From an uncultured Desulfospira sp. (GTDB taxonomy: Bacteria; Desulfobacterota; Desulfobacteria; Desulfobacterales; Desulfobacteraceae): a stretch of 64,000 bases of DNA. The notes beneath the pieces were generated by a model. It was not told the origin of the DNA, did not search any database, and saw nothing but the letters and a program-made list of their open reading frames with translations. The position numbers and the translations under genes were made by a program. How positions within the stretch are numbered: the stretch's first letter is position 1; every line of letters starts with the position of its first letter. Where the stretch lies: assembly GCA_963663165.1 (NCBI GenBank), contig OY760175.1:2560001-2624000 (forward strand), read 5' to 3'. Shown in pieces: positions 28,331-36,981 of this stretch.

Positions 28331-29119
28331 ATGGAAAAAATACTTTGGAAAATCGGCAATTATTTTAAGCACCGCTTCAGCCTGGCAGTTCTTGATGAAA
28401 TTAAGGGCCGGTGGCCCGTTCTCCCCTCTTGTAAAAACATCCCTTATCTTAAAGCTGAAAATGCCGGAGGAAGGCACATCCTGATCAGACCTGATCCTGT
28501 TATTCAGCCTTATTATTTTCTTGCCGACGATTTAAACATTGACCTGCTTATCCGGCATCATCAATCCATATCAAACCGCTTTAAACCAGGCAGGATGGTT
28601 ATAGAAACATCTCCCGGCAATTATCAAATTTGGATTCACAGTGACCGTCCGTTAAGCCTTCCCGAAAAAAAGTATTGGTTGGAAAACATGCACAGTGATC
28701 CCGGCGCCGACCCGAAAAACAGGTGGGGCAGATGCCCCGGGTTCAGGAACAGAAAAGCAAAACACAGAACGCCTTCAGGACAATACCCTTTGGCAAAGCT
28801 ATTATGGGTGGACTGGAAATGCCAGGCTATTGTCCCTGAAATAGAATTATCCTCCCAACCTCAAGAAGTCTTTTCCCATCAACCCCGGGGGGGAGTGTGC
28901 CATAACGGTAATATTTCCCGCTCCCTCTATGATAAGGGTGACGAATCTGCCACTGATTTTGCATATGCTCTGGCCCTCTATAGAAGAGGTTTCTCACGAA
29001 TGGAAATTTACAATCGCATTATCAATGAAAGGCAGGATTGGATTAATCATGCGGGTGAACGAAAAAAAACACAGTATCTGATCAGGACATTACAGAAAGC
29101 TGAAAAAATTATCAGTTAA
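28331..29119 (+). CDS. RepB'-type (archaeo-eukaryotic primase superfamily) DNA primase
   Basis: FLADD, IETSPGNYQIW, GADP..R.GRCPGF.N.K; C-terminal DESATDFAYA helical domain. Confidence 0.82.
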   Translation: MEKILWKIGNYFKHRFSLAVLDEIKGRWPVLPSCKNIPYLKAENAGGRHILIRPDPVIQPYYFLADDLNIDLLIRHHQSISNRFKPGRMVIETSPGNYQIWIHSDRPLSLPEKKYWLENMHSDPGADPKNRWGRCPGFRNRKAKHRTPSGQYPLAKLLWVDWKCQAIVPEIELSSQPQEVFSHQPRGGVCHNGNISRSLYDKGDESATDFAYALALYRRGFSRMEIYNRIINERQDWINHAGERKKTQYLIRTLQKAEKIIS

Positions 29120-29231
29120 AATCGGGCTCTCTTGGCCTCCGGGAAAGCCCTTATTTACCATGAAACGTTGTCCATGAATTATCGTGATTGCTCTCAGCAG
29201 CAGTAAATGAAAACGGTCATCAATCGTCAGA

Positions 29232-29789
29232 TCATTCATTATCTGCTCCCTTTGATACAATCTTTTCGTATATGACCCGGTGCCATAACAATGCGGCCTG
29301 ACGGGAGGTTTTCTGCCAATGATCATGCTGGGCCACACGGACCTGTTCAAGCATTGCCTCTACAGCAGCCATGTATTCATTGGCAATTCGATCTGTCAGA
29401 TCCGGGTTGCTTACCGGAACCGTTTTCCGGGCCTCAATAAATCTTTTGATATTTCGTGCGGTCAGTTCCATGCCGCTGTTTATGATTTCCCTCCAGATAC
29501 TGCGTTGTTCTATGGAGTCCATTTGAGTAAGGGGACGGACCTGGGATTCGTTGGCAGGCAGCCTGTCGCCAATTGGCGACAAATTGTAGATCACTTCATA
29601 GGCTCTGATCAGGCGGTAGGCATAAGCCTTGCCCATATCCCACCGCTGCCTGGTATATGTTTCAAACGACTCAAACAAAGCCTGTTTGTATAAACGGTTA
29701 TCACGAATTTCTTTCAAGGCCTGGCCGATTTTATAAAAACATTCCTGGTTGCGACCAATCAGGGTTTCAAGCTCAAGCAACCGTTCCAT
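29232..29789 (-). CDS. Hypothetical HTH-like DNA-binding protein of element A
   Basis: IGQALKEIRD..LY...SFE.Y...RW....AYRLI, LPANESQVRPL; no methyltransferase motifs. Confidence 0.7.
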   Translation of the reverse strand: MERLLELETLIGRNQECFYKIGQALKEIRDNRLYKQALFESFETYTRQRWDMGKAYAYRLIRAYEVIYNLSPIGDRLPANESQVRPLTQMDSIEQRSIWREIINSGMELTARNIKRFIEARKTVPVSNPDLTDRIANEYMAAVEAMLEQVRVAQHDHWQKTSRQAALLWHRVIYEKIVSKGADNE

Positions 29790-29791
29790 AT

Positions 29792-30148
29792 TTACTGCCC
29801 TGCCGGCATGGGTCTGCCGACCATAGCAGCAAGAGCCGTCAATTTTGCTGCCTGAACCTGGGGTGCAGTATTTATTTGTTTCAAAAACAAAACACTATCC
29901 CGGAAGCCATAACCCTTGATTTTCATGACAAGGTCGATGGTATTAAAATTCTTTTCGCATCTGAAGCACCGGGCCAGGTTCGTGGCTGGATTTACAGCGG
30001 TTTGAAATTCATTGCACAAAGGGCATAGAAAACGAAAATAGCCATCCCTGATCTTGGATGGAATCTGTAAATGATCCCTGATCAGCATATCAACAGGGAT
30101 ATTGTTTCTCAGTTCAAATAATTGCCTGGATGAAAATCTGTTCTTCAA
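29792..30148 (-). CDS. Stand-alone DnaG-type zinc-ribbon (CHC2-like) protein
   Basis: CPLC..CFRC..NTIDLVM...F.DSV..L; AAGGAGGTG RBS, TTG start; paralog at 61530-61838. Confidence 0.8.
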   Translation of the reverse strand: MKNRFSSRQLFELRNNIPVDMLIRDHLQIPSKIRDGYFRFLCPLCNEFQTAVNPATNLARCFRCEKNFNTIDLVMKIKGYGFRDSVLFLKQINTAPQVQAAKLTALAAMVGRPMPAGQ

Positions 30149-30404
30149 AAGACACCTCCTTGTTTTTTAAATTTCAGGTGCCTTTTTTATATCATCGGCC
30201 AGAGCCGTCTGTCAGTTGCCTCTTAAACTGGAATGGGGATTACTTTGTTGATATCTACCTGTATTATCAGCGGATTACGCACATGATGCCTCTTAGAATT
30301 AAACCTCGATTAGTCTGTCAATATACCTTTACATTACAGTTAGTTATCCCAACCATGTCTCTTGAAACCAATACTCGATTAGTCGTTTATGCCAAGGGGA
30401 TATT

Positions 30405-30782
30405 TTATGGAAACCCCCGGATTATTTCCCTGCTGTAACCGATAATTTGGGTAACCAGGTATTGGATGACAATTGCCGGCTTGATTCCATATTCCGTTAT
30501 AATGACTTCCATTGGCAAAACCGGCTCTTTGCATTTTTGATATGAAAGAACAGAAAGACTCCCGGATGTTTGTTGCTCCTCAGCTTCTTCAAGCTTTTTT
30601 GCCAGGTAGTTATTTTTACAGACAGCTTTGTTTTTCCTGTTCCACTCTTCACATTGCCTCCGGTGAAGCTCATTTTGGCAAGCCGGGCTACATGTTTTCT
30701 GCCGTCCTTTTTGTCTTACATCAGGAGTGAACCATTTACGGCAAATAGAGCAAGGACGTTTTCCTCGTGAATTTTTTGCCAT
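30405..30782 (-). CDS. Cys-rich hypothetical protein
   Basis: CSICRKWFTPDVRQKGRQKTCSPAC; homolog at 61804-62343. Confidence 0.75.
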   Translation of the reverse strand: MAKNSRGKRPCSICRKWFTPDVRQKGRQKTCSPACQNELHRRQCEEWNRKNKAVCKNNYLAKKLEEAEEQQTSGSLSVLSYQKCKEPVLPMEVIITEYGIKPAIVIQYLVTQIIGYSREIIRGFP

Positions 30783-30844
30783 TATTTCTTCTCCAAGATT
30801 TGAATCAGGGAGATTTTATGTACCAAATTTTGAAGGATGCAGCA

Positions 30845-30951
30845 GCGGGGTCTGTCGGCGGGATAGGCGGGGTATGATTTTTATTTTATTTGCTGGGTAT
30901 AGCGGCGGGATATCTGCCCGTTACATTATTTCGCTATGAAACTGCGGGGTA
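30845..30951. repeat. Six GC(G/T)GG(G/A)T(A/C) boxes in the right end of element A
   Basis: Copies at 30845, 30858, 30867, 30892, 30905, 30944. Confidence 0.75.
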
Positions 30952-31126
30952 AGCGTTACACTTTTTGAATCTTACCACCCGCCACAATTCCATGGGGTGC
31001 CCCCTTTTCAGAATACATCCTTATCATTGAATTGATTTAAATTGCCATCACCCGCAGGCAAGTTACATGGGATTGCCCTGAAAAGCTCCGGAAGAAAAAA
31101 GCGGGTTTCCAAATATTCACCCATAT

Positions 31127-31222
31127 GTTATAAGAAAGTCTCACTAACAAGCTGAAAAGACTTTCATTTTTCGTTGTGGGCGATTCTTGGTTGGATAATC
31201 CAAGCCGTCCGTGACGGTTATA
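31127..31222 (-). repeat. TATAAC-bounded modular hairpin unit 3
   Basis: About 80% identical, inverted, to 22289-22383; same 90-bp period. Confidence 0.8.
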
Positions 31223-31257
31223 GAAAAAAAATCGTAAACAATCAAAAGGTGAACGAG

Positions 31258-34200
31258 ATGAAAAATCAATGTTTAAAGGCAATTGTGGTTTTTTTATCCC
31301 TCCTTCTTTTGTTGCTGAACGCTGCTGATACCGCCCAGATAACCATCATTTACGTTGACGCCGAAGCCACAGGAACCGGTACCGGAAAAAGCTGGGAAAA
31401 TGCTTATCCTTATTTGACGGATGCTTTAAATGCGGCAGCATCAGGCAATACCATTTACGTTGCCGAAGGGGTTTATTACCCGGATCAGTCCGCAGCCATT
31501 CCGAACGGCACCGGTCTTAGGACCGCTTCATTTTCCCTTCTGAACAATGTTACCATTTATGGCGGGTTTGACCCGTCGGTGGGAGTTGACACCCTGGCGG
31601 AACGAAGCTGGAAAAATTATAAAACATATCTTAGCGGCAATATCGGAGACATAAAATCTGCCAGTGACAACAGCTACCATGTGGTAAAAAACTCAAAAGA
31701 TGTTACCAGCACCGCCATTCTGGACGGGTTCATCATCGCCGCAGGCAATGCCAACGGCAGCAGCCTTACAAGTTCAGGCGGCGGCATGACCAATGAAAAT
31801 GCATCTCCCATCATTCGCAATTGTGTTTTTTCCCAGAACCAGGCATCAGGCCAGGGTGCCGGGATGTACAATATCTACCAGAGCGAGCCGTATCTTTTCA
31901 ATTGCGAATTTAATGCCAACACTTCCGGCAGCGGCGGCGGCGGAATGTATAATGACGGATCTTCCCCTGAGCTGGAAGCATGCACGTTTACCGGCAACCA
32001 GGCCTTAAGCGGTGCCGGTGTATACAACAACGGGTCAAGCCCGGTTTTAACCGGCACGGTGTTTACGGACAACAGCGCCGGCTACGGCGGCGGGGCCGTA
32101 TACAATTACAATGCATCCGCTCCCGTATTTTATAACTGCATATTTTCGGAAAATTTTGCCGCCTATGACGGCGGGGCCATTCATAATGCCTATAATTCTT
32201 CGTCCCTGGCCGTGAACTGCACCTTTACCGGCAACCTTCTGGACAGCACCAACAGCGGCCACGGCGGTGGCATATATAACCGATCAAATTCCAGGACCGA
32301 AATTGCCAATTCCATTCTCTGGGATGATGAGCCAGACGAACTCTATCCCACGGATTCCTTTACCGTCACCTATTCCGACATAGAAACCAGCACCGTTTTT
32401 CCAGGAACGGGCAACATGAACGTCTCCCCTCTTCTGGATGCAACGTTCCACCTGGACGAAGACTCACCGTGTATTGACGCCGGGAGCAATGATGCGGTGC
32501 CGGCCTTTCTTACCGTCGATTTCGAAGGTGACGGCCGGATTATCAACGGCGATGGGGATGATCCTGAGGCAGTCGTTGATATGGGCGCGGATGAATCGCC
32601 TTTTGTAATGGTCACCCATGATCTTGCCGTTGGCAGTTCCGCCGGCGGGTCGGTAACCCAGCCGGGAGAAGGAATTTTTTCATTTGACCATGAGCGCATC
32701 GTCGATCTGCTTGCCGTATCTGAAGGGGGGTACCGGTTTTTAAACTGGAGCGGCGATACCGGCCAGGTGGCCGGGATATTTTCTGCCCAGACCACCATTA
32801 CCATGGACGACAGCTACAGCATTACGGCCAATTTTGAACAGGATATTGATCCTGACCTGGTGGTCACCGATGTCTGGGAGGAAAACGGCGGCATCTGTTA
32901 CCAGCTTCATAATATTGGCGAGGCAACGGCCCTCAAAGGGCACTATACCAGGCTTGTGGTGAACAATAACACCGCAGCAGATGACCTGGTCGACAACGAG
33001 CTGCCGCCGGATGGAAGGATCAGCCGCTGCTTTCCCCAATACATCTGGGACTGCACCTCGTCTTCCGACGAGATAATGGTTTGTGCTGACGGGGCCGGGC
33101 AGATCACCGAAAGCGATGAAACAAACAACTGCCGCTCCGAGTCATGGCAATGTGACACCACGGCGCCCCTTATTACTGACCCGCCGGTCGTTTCCCAGGT
33201 GGACCCCTACACCGTGGACATCAAATGGGATACGGATTGCGACGCCGACAGCGTGGTCATGTTCGGCACATCAGCCGGCGTGTTCTCAGGACAGGCAGCG
33301 GACCAGCAGTCCAGCCAGAACCACCAGATTCGCCTGGAAAACCTTGCTGCGGGCACCACTTATCACTACCGGGTCCTGTCAACAGATGCCGGCGGCAACA
33401 CCATAGAAAGCAAAGACTTCTTTTTCCAGACCGCCCCCCTGGCAGACACAACCCCTCCGGTTGTCTCTAAATTAACGGCTGTAAAGGGAGACGGGGCACA
33501 GCTCTTTTACAAAGTCTTAGCACAGGTCACCGATGATACCGGCGTGGAACGGGTAGCGTTTTACCTGGATGGCACCCTTGTGGGGGTTGACTATTTAGAA
33601 CCCTTTGAATACAAACTGGCACCCGCGGATTTAGGGCTCAGCCGGGAGGACTTTTTTAAGGCGCACACCCTGACGGCGGTTGCCGTAAGTCATGCCGGCG
33701 TGGCCGGTATGGTTGATCTGCCCTTTGAGCCGGCCTATGAGTGTGCTGACATCAATATGGAAATGCAGGCCCCATATCCCGACGACACCTACTATATTGA
33801 TTACACCTCGGTTCCTTCTGGCACCACCATCCCTATCCGGGTCCGGGCCGCCATGACGGAACTGGACTGCCATTATTTCGGCATGTCCGGCCTTCCTCCC
33901 GGGGCCAGCAATTTCTTTTGTGATGAGATATACCTCCCGGTGACCGAAGTCCGTTTCTATGTCAATTCAGTGCTGATTGAAACGGTTACCCCTTCGGCAG
34001 CGGATGAATTCATTTTTGAGATTGACTGGGATATAAGCGGCAAAACCACCGGAACCTATTTCATCAGGGTGGACGCCATTGTGGATGATGAATGCCGCCA
34101 GACCATCACCAACACATTTGCCATTGAAAAAGGTGAGCCGGAGCTTGACGTCACCCGGGAAGTCACGCGCATAGGCAATTATTTTGAAATCCAGCTTCGC

Positions 34201-36924
34201 CTCCGGAACCGGGGGACAGCAACAGTCACCTTTGACCGGCTCGAAGATTCGGTTGACGGGTTTCAGCCCATCGAAAGAAGCGACAGCGACTATGATGTGG
34301 TCCCCAGCTGTAACAATGACGGCACCCATTGCGACGTTGAAATCGATTTTGCCGGCCGCTACTATGACCTTGCAGCCGGAGACAGCAAATGGGTTTCCTA
34401 TCTGGCCGTACCAATCCTGCACCCGCCCGATGAATCCGTGGATTACCGTATCGGCGCCACCCCGGTCCGGGTTGTTGATTATTATGAGATGCACCCCCAT
34501 GAATTCGACAGGCCGTGCGCTTTAACCCAAGATGATTATACCCTGTCAAGTGAAGTCAACCGGGCCATCAGGAATTCCGACTATCTGATCATCACCAATC
34601 CCGACAAGCTGTTTTCCACCAGCGCCGATGCGGCCGGTGTCAACAGCCTGCTGTCCGCCATGGCCGAACTGGCCAGCCTGCGCAACGCAATTTTGGGCTA
34701 TCTTTACGGGTCTGATTCCAATGATACCGGCTGGATCAAGGAGTGTATCCGGACATGGGGAACCCCCATGCAGGGTATGGACGGCGTTGATGAGCATTAC
34801 CTGTCAAACGGCTACCTGCTTCTGGTCGGAGAAGTTGAAATCATTCCCTCGTTCACCAAAACCGTTAAAGATAAATGGTGGTTCATCACCATTGCAACCT
34901 ATCATATTCACTTTACCGATATGCCTTACGGAGACACCAACGGCCGCATTGACCCCGAACTGAGTGTGGCCCGGATCATCGGTGATGACCCTTCCGAGCT
35001 GATCATCCCCATCCAGGCAAGCATCAATGTGATCAACGGCGAGCCCGGCTTTGAATTTGACCGGTCCCATGCACTCATCGTGAGCGGCAGCGGTGATGGT
35101 GTGTCTTCATTTGAAGGAAACCTGGATGATGTTGAAGATATCCTTGAGGATGAGTTTACCGTCACCAAAAGGAAAAAAAGGCGGGTTGAAGACTCCGGCG
35201 GCAACATCACCACAGAATTCAAGCTCTATGATGCCAACAAGGACCACTTGTTTTACCGGGATCACTGCAATCCCACGGCCTGGTCAGGCGTGATCGGCAC
35301 AAGCGATTTTACCGGTTCTGATCCGGTGGATTTCGAAGATGCCAAGCCCTTTGCCTTTGCCTGCTGCTGCCAGGCCGGCCAGTATGAGGATGACTCGGAA
35401 GATGCCGCTGACCGCACCAATATCGCCGAGTCTTTTTTACAGCATGGGGCGCCGTCCTATATCGGGGCAACGGAAAATTCATTCAGGGGACAGAACAACA
35501 GCGCGGCCAAATGGTTTTACAACCACTGGGTCAATACCGGCAAAACAGTGGGCCAGACCTTCAGGGAACTCAAAGTTCACCTTGGCGATTTCCAGGGCGA
35601 CTACTGGAGTTATGAGTATAACCTGTACGGCGATCCCAAATATGGCGGCAGCGGTGTGGCGGCAGCGTCTCTGGCTTCAAAGGCAATGACACTGCCGGAA
35701 TCCCCCTATGGGCTGGTGGTGCCTGATTATGAAGTCAAATCACTCAACGGCGAGGACCATGTGAGCATTCCCGGCGGCAATATGATTCTGGCCGAAGACA
35801 AGCCCGCAGTTCCCTATTACAAGGTCAGTATTGAATTTCCTGAAGGATATGCCGTCCATGACGTCACCTTGGAAGAGCGTTCGGAACCGATCACCACCAC
35901 CGGGCTTAACATCCCGCTTTCCGAGATGGGCCTGGATAATTCAACCGCAGGCAGCACCGCTTCCGCCGCAGGGGGAGAAGAGTGGTGGCCTCCCCAGGAG
36001 GCGGTTTTTGAGTATCAGTTTGAAACAAGGCCTGACAGGACATCGGTGCTGACCATCACCGTTTTCCCGTTTTACTACAATGGCCTGACCACCGATGCAA
36101 AATTCTACAAAACCTACACCTTTAACATTGACTATGATTCGGGCGGGGTGGGCATTGCCCTGCTTTCCACAGAAAAGGAAAATTATGCTCAAGGGGAAAT
36201 CGTTCAGGCAGACCTGTGGCTCACCAGCGCGGAAGACCCCCAGGATGTGATTGTCGAGGTTCTGGTCAAAGAGGAAAGTTCAGATGAGGTGGTTGACGGC
36301 CTGCTTTTGCGCACCTTAAGCCAGGTCACACAAACCGCATATTTTGCCCTTGAATGGGACAGCAGCAATTTTCCTGCCGGGGCCTATTATCTTGAAGCCA
36401 ATATCAGGGACAGCTCAGGCCATCTCATAGACCGGCGGAATAAATCCATCAGTACGGGGATGGCCTCCATAGCCATTACAGATTTTACGGCGACACCGGA
36501 TGCCCCGTATATCAATACCGGGCTTGAATTTAAAAATATTGGCAGCGTTGATGTTTCCGGCAAAGCGATCATTATTATACAGGACAGCCAGGGGGCCGTT
36601 GTTGCCGAATTTCCCCATGATTTTGAAGATCTGGCCCCATGGGGGAGCCTGAGCTTTGCTGACAGCTGGGATCCCTCCGGGGCCAGTGGCCAGACATATC
36701 ATTTCCAGGCATATGTTCTATATGACAGCGGGTGTTCTGAAGTCCGCAGCCTGTCGGTTCCCTTATGCCTGGACCTGAATGAATTTGCCCAAAGCTTTGG
36801 TTCCGCATCCGGCCAGGGCCATTATGATGCTGCCTTTGATTTTGACCGGGATGGCGATGTGGACGGTAAAGACCTGTCCGTCATAAACATCTACAGTCCC
36901 CTGCGGACATGGGGGTGTGAGTAG
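31258..36924 (+). CDS. Giant secreted mosaic protein: beta-helix repeats, InlB-B-like, CARDB, FN3, Ig, C25 (gingipain-like) peptidase, C25-propeptide-like and dockerin-like domains
   Basis: Signal peptide from ATG 31258; GGGMYN repeats; SPCIDAG..DMGADE; DYLIIT, YLLLVG..IP, TD.PYGD..PELSVARI, YNLYGDP; DFDRDGDVDGKDL. Confidence 0.8.
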   Translation: MKNQCLKAIVVFLSLLLLLLNAADTAQITIIYVDAEATGTGTGKSWENAYPYLTDALNAAASGNTIYVAEGVYYPDQSAAIPNGTGLRTASFSLLNNVTIYGGFDPSVGVDTLAERSWKNYKTYLSGNIGDIKSASDNSYHVVKNSKDVTSTAILDGFIIAAGNANGSSLTSSGGGMTNENASPIIRNCVFSQNQASGQGAGMYNIYQSEPYLFNCEFNANTSGSGGGGMYNDGSSPELEACTFTGNQALSGAGVYNNGSSPVLTGTVFTDNSAGYGGGAVYNYNASAPVFYNCIFSENFAAYDGGAIHNAYNSSSLAVNCTFTGNLLDSTNSGHGGGIYNRSNSRTEIANSILWDDEPDELYPTDSFTVTYSDIETSTVFPGTGNMNVSPLLDATFHLDEDSPCIDAGSNDAVPAFLTVDFEGDGRIINGDGDDPEAVVDMGADESPFVMVTHDLAVGSSAGGSVTQPGEGIFSFDHERIVDLLAVSEGGYRFLNWSGDTGQVAGIFSAQTTITMDDSYSITANFEQDIDPDLVVTDVWEENGGICYQLHNIGEATALKGHYTRLVVNNNTAADDLVDNELPPDGRISRCFPQYIWDCTSSSDEIMVCADGAGQITESDETNNCRSESWQCDTTAPLITDPPVVSQVDPYTVDIKWDTDCDADSVVMFGTSAGVFSGQAADQQSSQNHQIRLENLAAGTTYHYRVLSTDAGGNTIESKDFFFQTAPLADTTPPVVSKLTAVKGDGAQLFYKVLAQVTDDTGVERVAFYLDGTLVGVDYLEPFEYKLAPADLGLSREDFFKAHTLTAVAVSHAGVAGMVDLPFEPAYECADINMEMQAPYPDDTYYIDYTSVPSGTTIPIRVRAAMTELDCHYFGMSGLPPGASNFFCDEIYLPVTEVRFYVNSVLIETVTPSAADEFIFEIDWDISGKTTGTYFIRVDAIVDDECRQTITNTFAIEKGEPELDVTREVTRIGNYFEIQLRLRNRGTATVTFDRLEDSVDGFQPIERSDSDYDVVPSCNNDGTHCDVEIDFAGRYYDLAAGDSKWVSYLAVPILHPPDESVDYRIGATPVRVVDYYEMHPHEFDRPCALTQDDYTLSSEVNRAIRNSDYLIITNPDKLFSTSADAAGVNSLLSAMAELASLRNAILGYLYGSDSNDTGWIKECIRTWGTPMQGMDGVDEHYLSNGYLLLVGEVEIIPSFTKTVKDKWWFITIATYHIHFTDMPYGDTNGRIDPELSVARIIGDDPSELIIPIQASINVINGEPGFEFDRSHALIVSGSGDGVSSFEGNLDDVEDILEDEFTVTKRKKRRVEDSGGNITTEFKLYDANKDHLFYRDHCNPTAWSGVIGTSDFTGSDPVDFEDAKPFAFACCCQAGQYEDDSEDAADRTNIAESFLQHGAPSYIGATENSFRGQNNSAAKWFYNHWVNTGKTVGQTFRELKVHLGDFQGDYWSYEYNLYGDPKYGGSGVAAASLASKAMTLPESPYGLVVPDYEVKSLNGEDHVSIPGGNMILAEDKPAVPYYKVSIEFPEGYAVHDVTLEERSEPITTTGLNIPLSEMGLDNSTAGSTASAAGGEEWWPPQEAVFEYQFETRPDRTSVLTITVFPFYYNGLTTDAKFYKTYTFNIDYDSGGVGIALLSTEKENYAQGEIVQADLWLTSAEDPQDVIVEVLVKEESSDEVVDGLLLRTLSQVTQTAYFALEWDSSNFPAGAYYLEANIRDSSGHLIDRRNKSISTGMASIAITDFTATPDAPYINTGLEFKNIGSVDVSGKAIIIIQDSQGAVVAEFPHDFEDLAPWGSLSFADSWDPSGASGQTYHFQAYVLYDSGCSEVRSLSVPLCLDLNEFAQSFGSASGQGHYDAAFDFDRDGDVDGKDLSVINIYSPLRTWGCE

Positions 36925-36981
36925 GCGTTCTTTCGCCTCAATTTTGCTGCACCCTTTTTGGCGGACCTTCTGCGGGGAATG

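Larger units (their letters stand above)
24991..29196 (+). mobile_element. Element C (4206 bp): TG..CA transposon encoding a Zn-finger/HTH protein, DDE transposase, ExeA-like ATPase, small ORF and RepB-type primase
   Basis: Imperfect TIR TGAGA....TCAC.A.AA.TCATGGA (19/26); GCA duplicated at 24988-24990 and 29197-29199; in-frame reconstruction of the target gene. Confidence 0.88.
22423..30977 (-). mobile_element. Element A: TG..CA transposon with rve/Mu-like DDE transposase and AAA ATPase; about 4.35 kb without nested element C
   Basis: 24-bp TIR TGATGAGATTCAAATAGTGTAACG vs TGGTAAGATTCAAAAAGTGTAACG (21/24); second 19-bp subterminal IR (22533-22551 and 30916-30934, 18/19); 6-bp TSD CCCGCC at 22417-22422 and 30978-30983. 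Confidence 0.9.

Noticed and set aside
29232..29789. DNA methyltransferase
   Set aside because: No SAM-binding (FxGxG) or catalytic (DPPY/PC) motif in 185 aa
22423..30977. CRISPR-associated or Tn7-like transposon, or Mu prophage
   Set aside because: No TniQ/TnsD, Cas or virion genes
31174..31257. ORF-track N-terminal extension of the giant protein
   Set aside because: It overlaps the TATAAC repeat unit; the signal peptide and RBS point to ATG 31258
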